Shown: positions 36,951 through 49,635 of the stretch, one piece after another | How positions within the stretch are numbered: position 1 is the first letter of the stretch | Layout: every line of letters begins with the position of its first letter | Assembly: GCF_036321535.1 (NCBI RefSeq) | Contig: NC_087436.1 | Location: forward strand, 59,832,001-59,896,000 | Source: Camelus dromedarius | Lineage: Eukaryota | Reading direction: 5' to 3' | DNA length: 64,000 bases | Program-made: the position numbers and the translations under genes | The notes under the pieces: model-generated | What the model was told of the DNA's origin: nothing | Databases searched by the model: none | Seen by the model: the letters and a program-made list of their open reading frames with translations, nothing else

Positions 36951-39829
36951 TATATTTGGCACACCCAAGACTAAAGTGTAAAATGGAGAGTATTTTTCCA
37001 ATGCTCTCAACACCCTTTGGTGTATACCTGTCATGTCCATTTCTATGATCTTTGTTAGGTTTGCTTTAGAGAATTATTGCTCCCTGGATATTCAGAATTC
37101 ATTAATGAGATATTTATTTCATTTTGCACTCTAAGCCAGAGGCCGCTCCCTTTTTGTAACCCTCCTGTCACAACATACTGATGCTGTGCTCTGTCTCTCA
37201 CCACGCTGACCCCTTTTATGTAATTAATTCAGCTAGTGTGCTGGTAGTTAATAGGGAACTGGTACAATATTTTTATTTTAACAGATTACTTCCTATTCAG
37301 AAGAAATGACTTCCCATAGAAAAATTTAGGGTATGTTTTCTGCTTGAAACAGATATTTTGTGGCTTTAAGTTTCTCAAATCATACTAAATATGGAGCCAT
37401 ATAGTTTGTCTACCAATTTTTCCTGCATTTAGAAGGGAAAATGAAGTTGTTCTAGGACTAGTGTTTTCTGACCAAGTAAAGTGGTTGGGGGTCAGCACTA
37501 GAAAATGACATGGGCTTTTGTTTTCATGTGGAATTACCCTGCTTTAAAATGGAGTTGCATGCATTACAAATCTTGTAAGTTTTATGTTATACTGCCAAAC
37601 TTTCTTTTCATTGGTAACTCTAATAAATTGACTTTAATTCATCTTCTCTCATTAGAAAGGTAAAAATGGATGGCTACTTTCTGTGATTACCTTATCTTTT
37701 AAAAGTATATTGCCCTACTAAATTATCATTGGGAACTTTAGGATATATTTTCTACTGTTTAAAAAAATATTTTATTTGATATTCTACTTTTGTTCTATAT
37801 TCATTCTAAAAAATTCTCTACAAATTAAAATTTGACCTTGATATAAATAAAAATTTCATGTGGGTCAAAATATTTCATTTTCTGTTTTAATGTTGTTTAA
37901 AGATTTAAAACATTTTATTTGTAAGTGATGTCAGTAATTTAAAATTGCACTTTTATTAAACAGAAATAGTTGCTATTACCTTATCTATTAGTTACCACTT
38001 AAAAGAAAATAAAAGAAAAAAAAAGGAGAGAAGAAAGGAATAATGTTAAGAAACAATTATTTTCTTTATATGACAGTATTACAAAAATATCCCTTGAGGT
38101 TTTGTTTAGTAACGAACACACACACAAATGAAATATGCCAATCATATAAGAACTGAACTTAAATTTTAGGCAGACTGGACATTGGTGAATGAATATCTTC
38201 TGCTTCTGGGATCATTTTGTTCTTTCTATGCAACCAACTGAGATTTGAATAAATCCCACTGATCTTATAAGGATGTTAAGGCATCAAAGAGATAAAGCTC
38301 TGTGCCTTCAGCATCTCCTGAATTTACATGTTAGCTCCTGCATGTCCCAAGAAAGAGACTAGAAAATGTTAGTCACCAAAATGGTGACACTATTAAACAA
38401 GAGGTGACATATATTCATTTTTTAGTATAATTTTGTCATTATTGACTGCTTTTTTGTTGTTTATTTAAAACTTAACTGATGACATTGTTTTGAGATTTGA
38501 TTTTTTCTTAGCCCATAATTCACTCAAATATGATTCAGTCTGCCCTCTGTCCCACATATCCTAGTTATATTTGTTCAATTGATATTATTTGCATGTGTAT
38601 TATAAGTGGAAACATTTTTTTGTCAATGATTATCATGTTCACAATACTATTGACAGACAAAGTTTATTTTTGTATTGTTTAGAGCAATTATTGGTTTGAC
38701 TTCTAGGTATTTTCACATTTTTAGAAGCAAATTATTCAAGTGGTACAATAAGTAGCATAAAATTTCTCTGTTCTAGTAACTGAAGTAGATAAATAGCCAC
38801 TGACAAGAGGACACTATCAGTCCTAGAAAAGAAACATTTAAAATATTTACATCATGTTAAATTTATTAATTTAGCTATACATGTATATGTGTAAGCAATG
38901 GCTATAAAATAGTTCTTTATGGTTTTTTGCAAATTTTCTTTGAAAATGTTTAAGATGATAAAATTAGATACGATATCAGAACATTAGAATTTTTTATTCA
39001 AACAGAATAGCTGGTTTCTTGGGCTCTTTTGTGATTACTGTTTCTTGAAATCACACATTTAAATTGATATTCTATATGAGTAAACATGACATTTTCTTCT
39101 GTAAATAATACAACTTCCAACCCAAATCACACTAGTCAACATGAATCCTATGTGATTCAAGTGAGAAATAAAATAGTTTAAAACATGAGTTGAATATATT
39201 AAGACCAATGTCTCTAATACATCAGTGGTTACTAAAGCATACATCCTATCAGGTTGCATTTATCCAGATTCAGTAGTCTTGTCTACCTTTATTTATAAAT
39301 GTTTCCTGAGTGTTCACTTACTCAAAGCCTCTCGAAGATAGTTAGCTAGCTAGCTAGGTAAGTCCAGACAGAGATACCGGATATTGAAGTATCCTTACGG
39401 GCAACCTAGGAACGTTGTAAGGCATCAGATACCATATACTGAAACAATGATCTATAGTTTTTCTTCTAAAACAGTTATGTCAAGTGTTCCCACTATAAAT
39501 GGAGGTTTGGGATGATGTCTTTAAATAGATTATTTTTCTTCTTCCAGATTTCTTCTCTCTCCATCATAAGGAATACTCTAGAGATTGTTTTTCTTTTCTT
39601 CTCATCTGTCAAACTAGAAAATCTCACATCAGTATTTCAGTATAGCTGGTGTATGATTGTTTTTGACAACATGTCATAATCATCCTAACTCACTTATAAA
39701 ACAAATATATCGCCAATCAATATCAACTGTAGAAAGAGAAAAGTGAAACAATTTAGCCTTAATACCTAGAGAAGGATACGTGATCCCATTTTGGCCTGAT
39801 TTCTACCCTCAATGTTCTCATTATCTAGT

Positions 39830-40300
39830 AAGGGATGCAGTCAGAACACATATGTATGTATAACCATAGGGCAGAAAAAAGAAAATTGATCACACTTCTA
39901 TTCTGGCCAAGTTCAGTGCACATACCTTGATGCAGTTATTACAGATAACTACAGGAGTCCAGGATTCTATCTTGGAAGCAATACCATTTGAGGCTGGTGT
40001 TGGACGTTAATGGAATGCTGTAAGAGTAAACGGGGTGAAATGGAGAAAGAGTATCATACAGAGAGAACAGAATGAACAAAATTATGAAGTGAGGGCATAT
40101 GTATAGAGAGACCAGGCTAGAAAGCTAAGACTGCAGTGAAATCATGGCAGGCCGTATATGCCAGACAAAACTTGTTTGGTTTTAGAGATAAGAAAACACT
40201 TTTGAAGTTTTTGGAGAGAGGAGTCAGATGGCCTCATCTTTCTTCTAGGAAGATAACTTTGGACATGATATGAAGGAAGGTTTAGAGTGATGATGCGTAT
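39830..40300 (-). mobile_element. Degenerate L2 fragment
   Basis: Purine-rich L2-like run (ccatttgaggctgg, agagggaacag-like and aggagtcagatgg motifs). Confidence 0.5.
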
Positions 40301-40486
40301 TTCTGAAAGATAATTTTTCAAACATAACTGATACAAAAGCACTTTGAGATACATGCAGTGCTTCCCAAGTGTAAAGTATTAGGAACCAGTAGGGAAATAC
40401 ATGACCTGGTTTATGTCAAGAATAGCACCAGCTTAAGCATTAAGGACATTCCCATTTTTGCATCTACCAGGGATAAACCTGTGGGC

Positions 40487-40795
40487 CAGTGCTTTCTAGA
40501 CTTACTTGACAAGAAGAACCCAAAGTATTAGTTAAAAACCTGAATATCAAAACCTACCGAACAAGAATCTCCTGGGAAGGGGTTTGGTAAGTTGCAGTTT
40601 TAACAAGCTCCTCAAACGATTTGCAGCTGAGGAGAATAAGAGAAACCCTGCTGTCTAGATCAGTGCTTTCCAACCTTGCTGAATGGAGATCCTGATGCAT
40701 TAGGTTGTGTGGGAGGCATTCTGGGTTCCTAACTAGCTCTCAGGTGATACCAGTGCTGCTAATCCACAGACCATTGACACTTTGGGTAACAAGGG
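40487..40795. mobile_element. Two adjacent MER5-like hAT-Charlie MITE copies
   Basis: cagtgctttct... and cagtgctttcc... starts, with ttttaacaagctcctc and aactagctctcaggtgat motifs. Confidence 0.6.
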
Positions 40796-40849
40796 ACTAT
40801 ACTCTTATTTTTCTCTGAAAGAGGAATTTAAATAGGTTAGTATCATCAT

Positions 40850-41275
40850 ATATGTCCTTGCTCTGTCCAGTGAGGGTACCCAGCAGCAATGACAAACAGA
40901 AAGTAGTAAGTACATCTAGTACCTAGATGGTGGTTTCTAAAGCCATTTTTAGATTAAAGAAATCCACTCCTGGAAGAAGTGGTTGATTCCAGGCTGGGGA
41001 GGAAAAATACTAGATGAGCCTGTAGTGTTTTCTGGTGCCAGAAAGAAAACAAGTGCTCAAAAAAGAACGACGTTATGTCAAAAGGGCACAGAGACTCATC
41101 TGAAAAAGCTCCCAAAGGCCAGAGCTGGAACAATCTGAGCAACAGTATAAAAAACAGCAGTACTGGATTCACCTATAAAATAAAATACACTTCCATGAGG
41201 CCATACTAGTATCAATAATTGAGTAAATATTTAAATGAAGGAAAAGGGACAGCTCTCCCTAAAAACGAATTCTCT
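40850..41275 (+). mobile_element. L1MC/L1MD-type 3'-UTR fragment
   Basis: gaagtggttgattccaggctgggg...gtgccagaaag..aagtgctcaaaaa...aagctcccaaaggccagagctggaacaatctgagcaac. Confidence 0.7.
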
Positions 41276-41869
41276 CTAATCTTACATATGGTTGTTATCA
41301 AAACTGTAAAAGTCTCTAAAGATGTTTAGAAGTACTATCACTGAGTAATTGAACATCAGACTTCATTGAAATTTGATTTGTTAAAATTCTATGTCTTCAA
41401 TTAATTAATGATGAATAAAATTACTAGTGACAGAAAGAATAATAGATTTTCTTATTTGTTTGATAGGCACGTGAGAATTATTTCATAGGGTATAATTATT
41501 TTTCATTTTTTATTTGAAGAGATTTGTAAATGTAAATATGCCTGTGAAAATGTCATGAAAAGGTAAGCTAATTTATTTATTATAAGATAGATTGAAATAT
41601 CTGAAGAACAGATTACATAGAAGGCTCATGTTGAAAACTCTTTTACAGAAGCAGAAAAAAAAGGAATCAAGTGAAATAAAATAAAGAGGAAAGGAAATTA
41701 GAAAGGCTAAATAGTGGACACATTATTTTCTGGATAATAATACTATACATATTAAGAGTTTAATGGAAACACACCATTTCAGTAGTTTTTAATTATGTAT
41801 ATATCTCATTATTAATATTGTCTATTAACGATGTGTATTTTATTGATAACATATTTATTTGTTATCATA

Positions 41870-42275
41870 CTAGGCAGAACCCTAAGGTGGCCTTTAAGAT
41901 TCCACCCACTAATGCTTATGTTCTGTATATTCTCCTCTCTTTGAGCATGGGCAAAACCTGGAAATATGATAAGACATCACATGATTAATTTGATAATCAG
42001 TTGTCTTTCAGTTAATAATAAAAGAAGCCTATTCTGACGAGCCTGACCTAATCAGAGGATCCTTTAAAAGAAGAGGAAGCATCAGAGAAGTGTCTTCCTA
42101 CTTGCCTTGAAGGCAAAAGCTAGGCAAAGCCACTGTAAATTCTACAGATCCAAGGAACTCAGTTCTAGCAATGACCAGCTGAGCTTGGAACAGGATCCTC
42201 ACCTGAGACCCAAGATGGACAACATCATGACTCTAGCCTGTGAGACCTGTCCAAACTCTTTACCCATGGAAATTG
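41870..42275 (+). mobile_element. MaLR LTR (MLT1E/F-like)
   Basis: taggcagaaccctaaggtggcc...gcctgacctaatcag...caaggaactcagttctagcaatgacc..gagcttggaa. Confidence 0.7.
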
Positions 42276-42780
42276 ATCATCAATTGAAATACCCTAGACA
42301 AAAAAAATACTATAAACATACTTATGCTATTGCCATTGTAGTGTTTTGAATTTTCTTAATAGTATCTTCTGTTTTAGAAATGAAACAGCATTCCTCTTTT
42401 CCAAAATTACGGAAGAGGCTATCTAATTATTTTATTTCTATCATTTTATTTTCTATTTTGTCATTTTCATACATTTATAGTAAAAAATATAATGCTGAAT
42501 TGATGTTTGTGGGAGGGAACATATCAGGAGTCATAAAACAAGCTATAGATTTATGTATATTATAGATAGAAGGGCTTTTTATAGACAGTTATAAATATTA
42601 CTATTTCCATAGATACTTTCTATATATAGACACTTGAAATCCAATTATGTATGTGTATATTTTATACATTCTGACTTAATCCATACAAGAGACTAAAATT
42701 TAAAAACATAATTTTTAAATGATTAAATAAGATTTCCAGAATTTTGAGATGTCAAGAAAATTTTAAGAATGAGGAAACTA

Positions 42781-43264
42781 TGCCAAGAACTGTGAAGGGT
42801 CTGAGATTTTTAACCTACTTGTGAATTAACAAATAAACCAGTCATTTTTATGAATGCTGGCAGATGGCAGATTTCTGGGTCAGAGACAGAGGACTTCACT
42901 CACAGAGACAGCAGAGCTAGAGAATCAGTATTTTCTTGAGGCAGTTCCCTATGCCCCAATTCCCAGAACGTGAGGCAGAGATGTGTTTGGCATCTGCAAA
43001 CACAGTGGGTTATGTTACAGGAGAGGACAGATGTTAGGGAAACTGAGTCTTTTATAAGGGGCAGTCCTTTGTTGCAGAGGGAAAAATATCTCAAATTTTC
43101 AAGGCTGTAAGCCAAAAAAAAAAAAAAGACATTGTATCTCCCAAGGCTGATTGCTATACAGACAAGAGTTTTTGAAAAGATATTATAAAAAGAAAGGCAG
43201 TCAGTATGTCTGCTTGCAAAACCTGCAGTCATGTGTTAGACCCATGGGAAATTGTCTTTCAACA
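42781..43264 (-). mobile_element. Full-length LTR40a-like ERVL solo LTR
   Basis: tgccaagaactgtgaagggtctgagatttt...agacccatgggaaattgtctttcaaca. The 5-bp flanks are aacta/aactt. Confidence 0.8.
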
Positions 43265-44411
43265 AACTTTCATGAATTTCAGTACTTGTCATATCATCAG
43301 ATGTTCACTGCGTACGGAAAGAAAAAAGGTTACATGCATTTTTTCATTGGTTATGAAATTAGCATTCCCAATGTTAAGTTGTTTGTCTTATAAATTAGTT
43401 CGGATATTGATTGTATCCTGTAAGTTTTGTTTGTTACTTTTTAAATGCATCAGCTAGGGCTTCATTTCATCTTCCCTGCTCCAGTTCATTTTGAGATGTC
43501 TGTTTCAACATTGGCTAGAGCCTTATAGTGATTAATCCCAGTGAGGACAGCTGTAGACACTGGACAGTGGCTCAGTAGCTCTGGAGTTGGTAGATTTTTC
43601 AAAGTTTAAAAATCATGGGGCTCTCTTACTTCATGTCTGGATATTAAATGTATGTCACACCAATATGATACTTCATACTAGTAAGAGTAAATAATGTTTT
43701 CCTACCATCCACATAAAGTGAAAGAAATTATTTCTTCCAGAGTAAAGATGTGTCTTTCTGCCAATAAATTCGAAAAGTCTTATCAAACCTGTCAGCAATG
43801 ACCACAATGAGTTTAATGAAAAAAAGAAAAATTATTTGTGTAACATACTACAAAGCTGTAATAGCCCTTACATGGGTTGAAAATTGAAGTTTCATTGCTT
43901 GTTCTCTAATGTTGCAGAAGAAAGGTTAATATAGCCACTAAAACATTTTTAATGTTTGTCTACCTGGGCTTATTCATTTATTCACCAGTTGTTTGTTAAA
44001 TGCCTGTGTTCGGTTTGTAGTAATTGCCCTAGATTTTACCATTAATATGTGAAAATCAACTCTACAAACAAATGTAGCTCTCAGAGTAAACATCTAGTTT
44101 GTACAGTGTGGTAAATATATACATATATATAAATACATCATTTTGTATCATAAAAACTGACATATAATATAAAAAAATTACAATTTGGTTCAAGTTGTGA
44201 TCTAATGTTTTGAAATATAACTGAATCCAAATTTTAAATTCAACAACCATAATATGACTATTGCTTTTTCTCTAGTACTGTAAACATTCTTTGAAAAGTG
44301 TTATTGTGAATAACTATATGACATAGATAATACAGTGATAGTGCATATAATTCAATGATCACCATATTGGTGGAAATACACAGAAGAAAATGATTAATAC
44401 TTTAGATATGT

Positions 44412-45566
44412 AGGGCAGTCTACCCAAGCAATAGAAATAAAAGCAAGAATAAACAAGTGGGACTTGGTTAAACTTATAAGCTTCTGCACAGCAAGGGAAA
44501 CCATAAGTAAAACAAACTGACAACCTACAGAATGGGAGAAAATTTTTGCAAACGATGAAACCGACAAAGGCTTGATCTCCAAAACATATAAGCAGCTCAT
44601 ACAACTTAATAAGAAAAAAACAAACAACCTAATCCAAAAATGGGCAGAAGACCTCAACAAGCAATTCTTCAAGGAAGAAATACAAATGATCAATAGGCCC
44701 ATGAAAAAATACTCAATATCACTAATTATCAGAGAAATGCAAGTCAAAACTATGATGAGGTATTACCTCACACCAGTCAGAATGGCCATCATTCAAAAGT
44801 TCACAAATGACAAATGCTGGAGAGGCTGTGGAGAAAAGGGAACCCTCCTTCACTAATGGTGGGAATGCAGTTTGGTGCAGCCACTGTGGAAAACAGTATG
44901 GAGAGTCCTCAAAAGACTAGGAATAGACTTACCATATGACCTAGGAATCCCACTCCTGGGCATATATCCAGAAGGAACCCTACTCCAAAATGACACCTGC
45001 ACCCCAATGTTCCTAGCAGCACTATTTACAATAGCCAAGACATGGAGACAGCCTAGATGTCCATCAACAGATGACTGGATAAAGAAGATGTGGTATATTT
45101 ATACAATGGAATACTACTGAGCCATAAAAACACAACTAACGCCATTTGCAGCAACATGGATGTCCCTGGAGAATGTCATTCTAAGTGAAGTAAGCCAGAA
45201 AGAGAAAGAAAAATACCATATGAGATGGCTCATATGTGGACTTTAAAAAAAAAGAACATAAATACAAAACAGAAACAGACTCAGACATAGAATACAAACT
45301 TGTGGTTGCCAAGGGGGCAGGGGGTGGGAAGGAACAGACTTGGATTTCAAAATTTGTAGATACTGAGAGGCATATGCAGAATAGATAAACAAGATTATAC
45401 TGAATAGCACAGGGAAATAGATACAAGATCTTGTGGTAGCTCACAGCGAAAAAAAAATGTGACAATGAATATATCTATGTTCATGTATAACTGAAAAATT
45501 ATGCTCTACACTGGAATTTGACACAACATTATAAAATGACTATAACTCAATAAAAAATGTTTAAAA
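44412..45566 (+). mobile_element. Young 5'-truncated L1 (ORF2 C-terminus plus 3' UTR)
   Basis: Perfect 16-bp TSD aatactttagatatgt at 44396-44411 and 45567-45582. It carries a single reading frame with L1 ORF2 motifs. Confidence 0.95.
44413..45246 (+). pseudogene. Disabled C-terminal part of L1 ORF2p, including the cysteine-rich CCHC region
   Basis: One frame reads ...INKWDLVKL...[18 protein letters not shown]...WIKKMWYIYTMEYY*AIK...PFAATWMSLENVILSEVSQ. In-frame stops lie at 44518, 44854 and 45118; the terminal TAA is at 45244-45246. Confidence 0.9.
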
Positions 45567-45579
45567 AATACTTTAGATA

Positions 45580-46091
45580 TGTGCTGTTCAATAACATAAA
45601 TTTTACTATTTGCAGCAACATGGATGGACCTGGAGGGCATTATGCTAAGTGAAATAAGCCAGGCAGAGAAAGACAAATACTATATATCTTTATATGTGGA
45701 ATCTAAGAAATAAAAGAAACTAGTGAATATAACAACAACAACAAAAAAAAGCAGACTCACAGGTATAGAAAACAAAGTAGTGGTTACCAGGTCGGGTAGA
45801 GGGGTAATATAGGGGTAGGGGAGTGGGAGGTGTAAACTACTGGGTGTAAGATAGGCTACAAGGATATATTATACAACATGGGGAATACAGCCAATATTTT
45901 GTAATAACTGTAAAGGAGTGAAACCTTTAAAGATTGTATAAAAAAGTCAGTCTCTAAACCTACATGATTATTTAAATTTAAATTAATGAAAATTAAATAC
46001 AATTGAAAATTTAGTTACTCAGCCACATGTGGCTCTTTGGATATCACAGAAGACATTTCCAATAGCACAGAAAGTTCTACTGGACAGCACT
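45580..46091 (-). mobile_element. MER3/MER33-like hAT-Charlie MITE, split by the L1 at 45607-45945
   Basis: Left terminus gtgctgttcaata (45581-45593). The element resumes near 45946 with tatttaaatttaaattaa...agccacatgtggct...cagaaagttctactggacagcac. Confidence 0.7.
45607..45945 (+). mobile_element. Older L1 3' end (different subfamily)
   Basis: atttgcagcaacatggatggacctggagggcattatgctaagtgaaataagccag...tacaacatggggaatacagccaatattttgtaataactgtaaa. Confidence 0.85.
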
Positions 46092-48153
46092 TTTCCAGAA
46101 TATTACATGTAAATAGTTTTTCAAGAGTTTCTAAAACAATATTGCATCAGGATGCAAGTTTAAATGAATGTCTGATTGTTCTAATATATATTACAGTGTA
46201 TTCATGTGTTTAATTTCATAAATTACATTGAGGTCATTACTGCAGTTTAATTGCCTATCAGGGAGCTACAAACACATTTATTTCTAATGTTTTAACTTTA
46301 TCAAGCTATGGCTCATTTGCTTGACTACAGAAAGGACCCCAAAGGACATACTTACTCCATTTCCAACAAAATCTTTAGGTCTATATAATAACCTATATAG
46401 TCTTTAGATGAATTTCATGTTTTTCTCAAATTCTTCCAATTAAAAAATGATCTAATTGTAATAGAAAACTACCAATAGAAACCTGAAGTGAAAGGATGAA
46501 AGAGAAAGTAAAAGATCTAAAATAAGTAGTGTCCATTTATAAGGAAAATGTTCTAAAAAGCTTTCAAATCAATGTAAAGTTCCTATATAGTTATATATAG
46601 TACATATACATACAGATTATACATATATATTTGTATATAAATTATATATGCAAATATATAATTTATTTTTGAGGTATACACTTTTGGAAAATAACTTAAG
46701 TCATTATTATTTATTAAAAAATCAAGAACTTTCCTGAAACAAAATCAAATTTGCAATGCCTGCAAAATATTTTGTAAATAAAATAATATAGTAACAATTA
46801 ACAGTTCTTTAATTCCTACTGTGTGTCAGACCCGTACTGTGTGCTTTATAATAAATATTTTATTTAATGATCTATATGTACTTCCACATACCTAAGGGAG
46901 AACATAGCACCCTTCCAATCCTTATATTTACAAAAAATAGCTATTTCACAGGAAAATGAGTAATAAAAACTGAAAGCTTTCACCTGGAACATTTCAGTAG
47001 GTAATAATGGCTTCAATGTTCAAAACACATAAGACTCAAAAGAATTTACAGCATAACTACAAAAACAAATCTCAGTTTTGTTTTACCAAACTATGTCTCA
47101 CTCAGATTTATTTGCTCTTTTAAAATGAAGAAAAATATAACTGTAAGAGACTTTTTACAAAATATTTTTTCCAATTCCCTAGCGGCACAATTATAGAATC
47201 TACAGTAAAAGTTTAATCTCCAAAATTTTTAGTTTATGAAATAAATATTAAACACTTGCTTTTTATTTGACATTAAATGTGTCTGAGACTTAAGGAGTGC
47301 AAATGAGGAAAAGAGAGATACAGACTGTCTTCTCTTCTTGAAAGGGAATACAAGGAGTCTTTATATTTTTCCCTGTTATATGTATTAGTTAAATGGAATT
47401 ATATGTCAAAAGGAAAAGTTATGAAAACCAGAGCAATATTTTAAGTTTCAGTTGTAAGTAATATGATGTTATTATAAATGAGTAAAAATAAAAAATAAGT
47501 AACCAAAAAATGATGGAGTGTTGCAGAAACATTAAGAATTATATTGTTTACCAAAAAAATAAAAATAAAAAATAAAAAGCAAGTCTCCAAATTTGGTCAA
47601 GAGTTATGACTTTAAATTTAGGGAGTAAGTGAATAATATTTTTACAATTAAAAGACAGATATGTATGTAGTGTCCTAATAATTCTATGTTTGAATATGTG
47701 ATCAAGTTGAATCCAATCATATGCATTACTGAACTTGAATACTAGCAAAAAAAAGGGGGGTAGAAATTAGGACATATTCCACTTCATACTTCAGCCATTT
47801 AAAGGGCAAAGGGAGAAAGGAAAAGTGGCATTTACTAAGCAATTAAAAACAAAAGATATTTAAGGCTTACTTCATTCACACTGATAATCTTAAAATATGC
47901 AGGGGTAATTAATGGGTCATTTAAAAAAGTCAGGAGAAAGGATCATTGATGATTTTGTTGGATAACTTTGTAGAATGACATATAAATACTAAATAACAAA
48001 AAAGATCATCATAGCTTTTCAATTAACAATTAAGGTTTCAAATCTAGATCAAATGTTGACTAAACGGCTATTCAGACTGGCAAGAAGTTCCACTGGTAAA
48101 CAGAAGTGTATAACAATGTTTTTGAATCAGACAAAAATATTTGGATTGGTCGG

Positions 48154-48190
48154 GTGTGTGTGTGTGTGTGTCTGTGTGTGTGCGTGTGTG
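48154..48190. repeat. Imperfect (GT)n microsatellite
   Basis: gtgtgtgtgtgtgtgtgtctgtgtgtgtgcgtgtgtg. Confidence 0.9.
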
Positions 48191-48409
48191 CACATGTGGA
48201 TGTATCTAAAAGCCATCTACTGCTTTTAATGTCCATCACATTTTGTTTTTTCTTCTCACTTAGTACTGGTCACAGTTGACATCCTAAGGGGGATGTTCAT
48301 GCTACACCAATGAAGTCCCTATTATTATTTCTCAAATTGAGAAGTGATAAGATTTAAACATGGATTATGTCCAGCAATTATCATCACCATCATCATCATC
48401 ATTTTTATC

Positions 48410-48560
48410 ATTTATAATATTAAAAGAGTGCTTTTTATGTGACACGCACTTTGCCAAGAATTTTACATATATTATCTTAATTAATCCTACAACAAATCTA
48501 CAAGCTAGGTTCAATTATAATTTCCATTTTATACAAGGTAAAATTGAGATTACTGATTTA
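48410..48560 (-). mobile_element. MIR fragment preceded by a (CAT)n tail
   Basis: ttttacatatattatcttaattaatcctacaacaa...ccattttatacaaggtaaaattgag. Confidence 0.65.
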
Positions 48561-49208
48561 TGACGTTCAGTGTTCATGACTTTGTTCCTTTCTCTAAATG
48601 TAAGCTCCAAGATTGGAGGGTCATTTGTCTATTCTCTTCATTGATCTCTCAAAATTGCCTAGAATAGTACCCATTAAAAAAAAAAAAGTTGACAAGCAAA
48701 TGAAGAATGTCTATTAGTTTAAGCCCTATGATGTTCAATAAAACAAATCAAACCACCACCTAACTGTGGTTAGTTTTCTGTTTATTTCTCAAATACTAGT
48801 TATCACTGGTTGGTGCATATGAACCTCTACTGCCCCTGCCTGGAGCCTTTTTTTGCATTTATCTAATCCTGTCATGATGTCTTTTTGTTTACCAAGGTCC
48901 CTGACTAACATGTCAATTTGCTGGAAGCAATGTTGAAAATAAGTATCTTTAAACGCTTTAAAAATATTTAAGAAAAGGTGAGGAGTCAACATCACTAAAA
49001 ATAGCTTTGGAGTGAGCACTAGATATTGACACTCACTTTAGCTTTAATATGCTTAAGTGTTATTTTCTGCCATGAAATGTAAAGGTCTTAAACACAGTCT
49101 TTCCTTCAAATTTGGTCATGTTTTGAACTGAATTTTAATTCAGGGACAGGGCAAGTTGAATTTCAAGATCCAAGTTTAAGAAGGGAATTATATGTGTTTA
49201 ATACTGTC

Positions 49209-49635
49209 TGCTATAGGTTGAATCTCCTCAAAGTTTACATTGAAGTACCATCCCCAGGACCTCAGAATGTGACCTTATTTGGGGATTGGGCTGTTGCAGA
49301 TGTTCAGATGAGGTTATAATGGAGTAGGGTGAGCCCCTACACCAATATAACTAGCATTATTATAAAAGGGGGAAATTTGAATACAAATAGCACACAAATG
49401 CAATGTGAAGATGTAGGTAGAGATCACGATGATGATTCTACAAGCCAAGAAAGGACAAAGAACCTAGAGAAGAGGCGAGGAGATGAATCTTTCTCACAGC
49501 CCTCAAAAGGAACCAGTCCTATCAACACCTTGATCTCAGACTTCTAGCCTCCAGAACTGCAAGATGATAAATCCCTGTTGTCTAAGTGACCTACTTTGTG
49601 GAACTTTGTTACAGCAGCCCTAAAAAACTAATACA
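49209..49635 (+). mobile_element. Full-length MLT1B/C-like MaLR solo LTR
   Basis: tgctataggttgaat...acctcagaatgtgaccttatttgg...cagacttctagcctccagaactg...aactaataca. The 5-bp flanks are ctgtc/ccatc. Confidence 0.85.

Noticed and set aside
39343..39356. Palindrome tagctagctagcta
   Set aside because: A short (TAGC)n microsatellite that is self-complementary by construction.
45311..45830. G-quadruplex-like G tracts at about 45313-45332 and 45795-45830
   Set aside because: These are the ordinary G-rich tracts of L1 3' UTRs and are not locus-specific.
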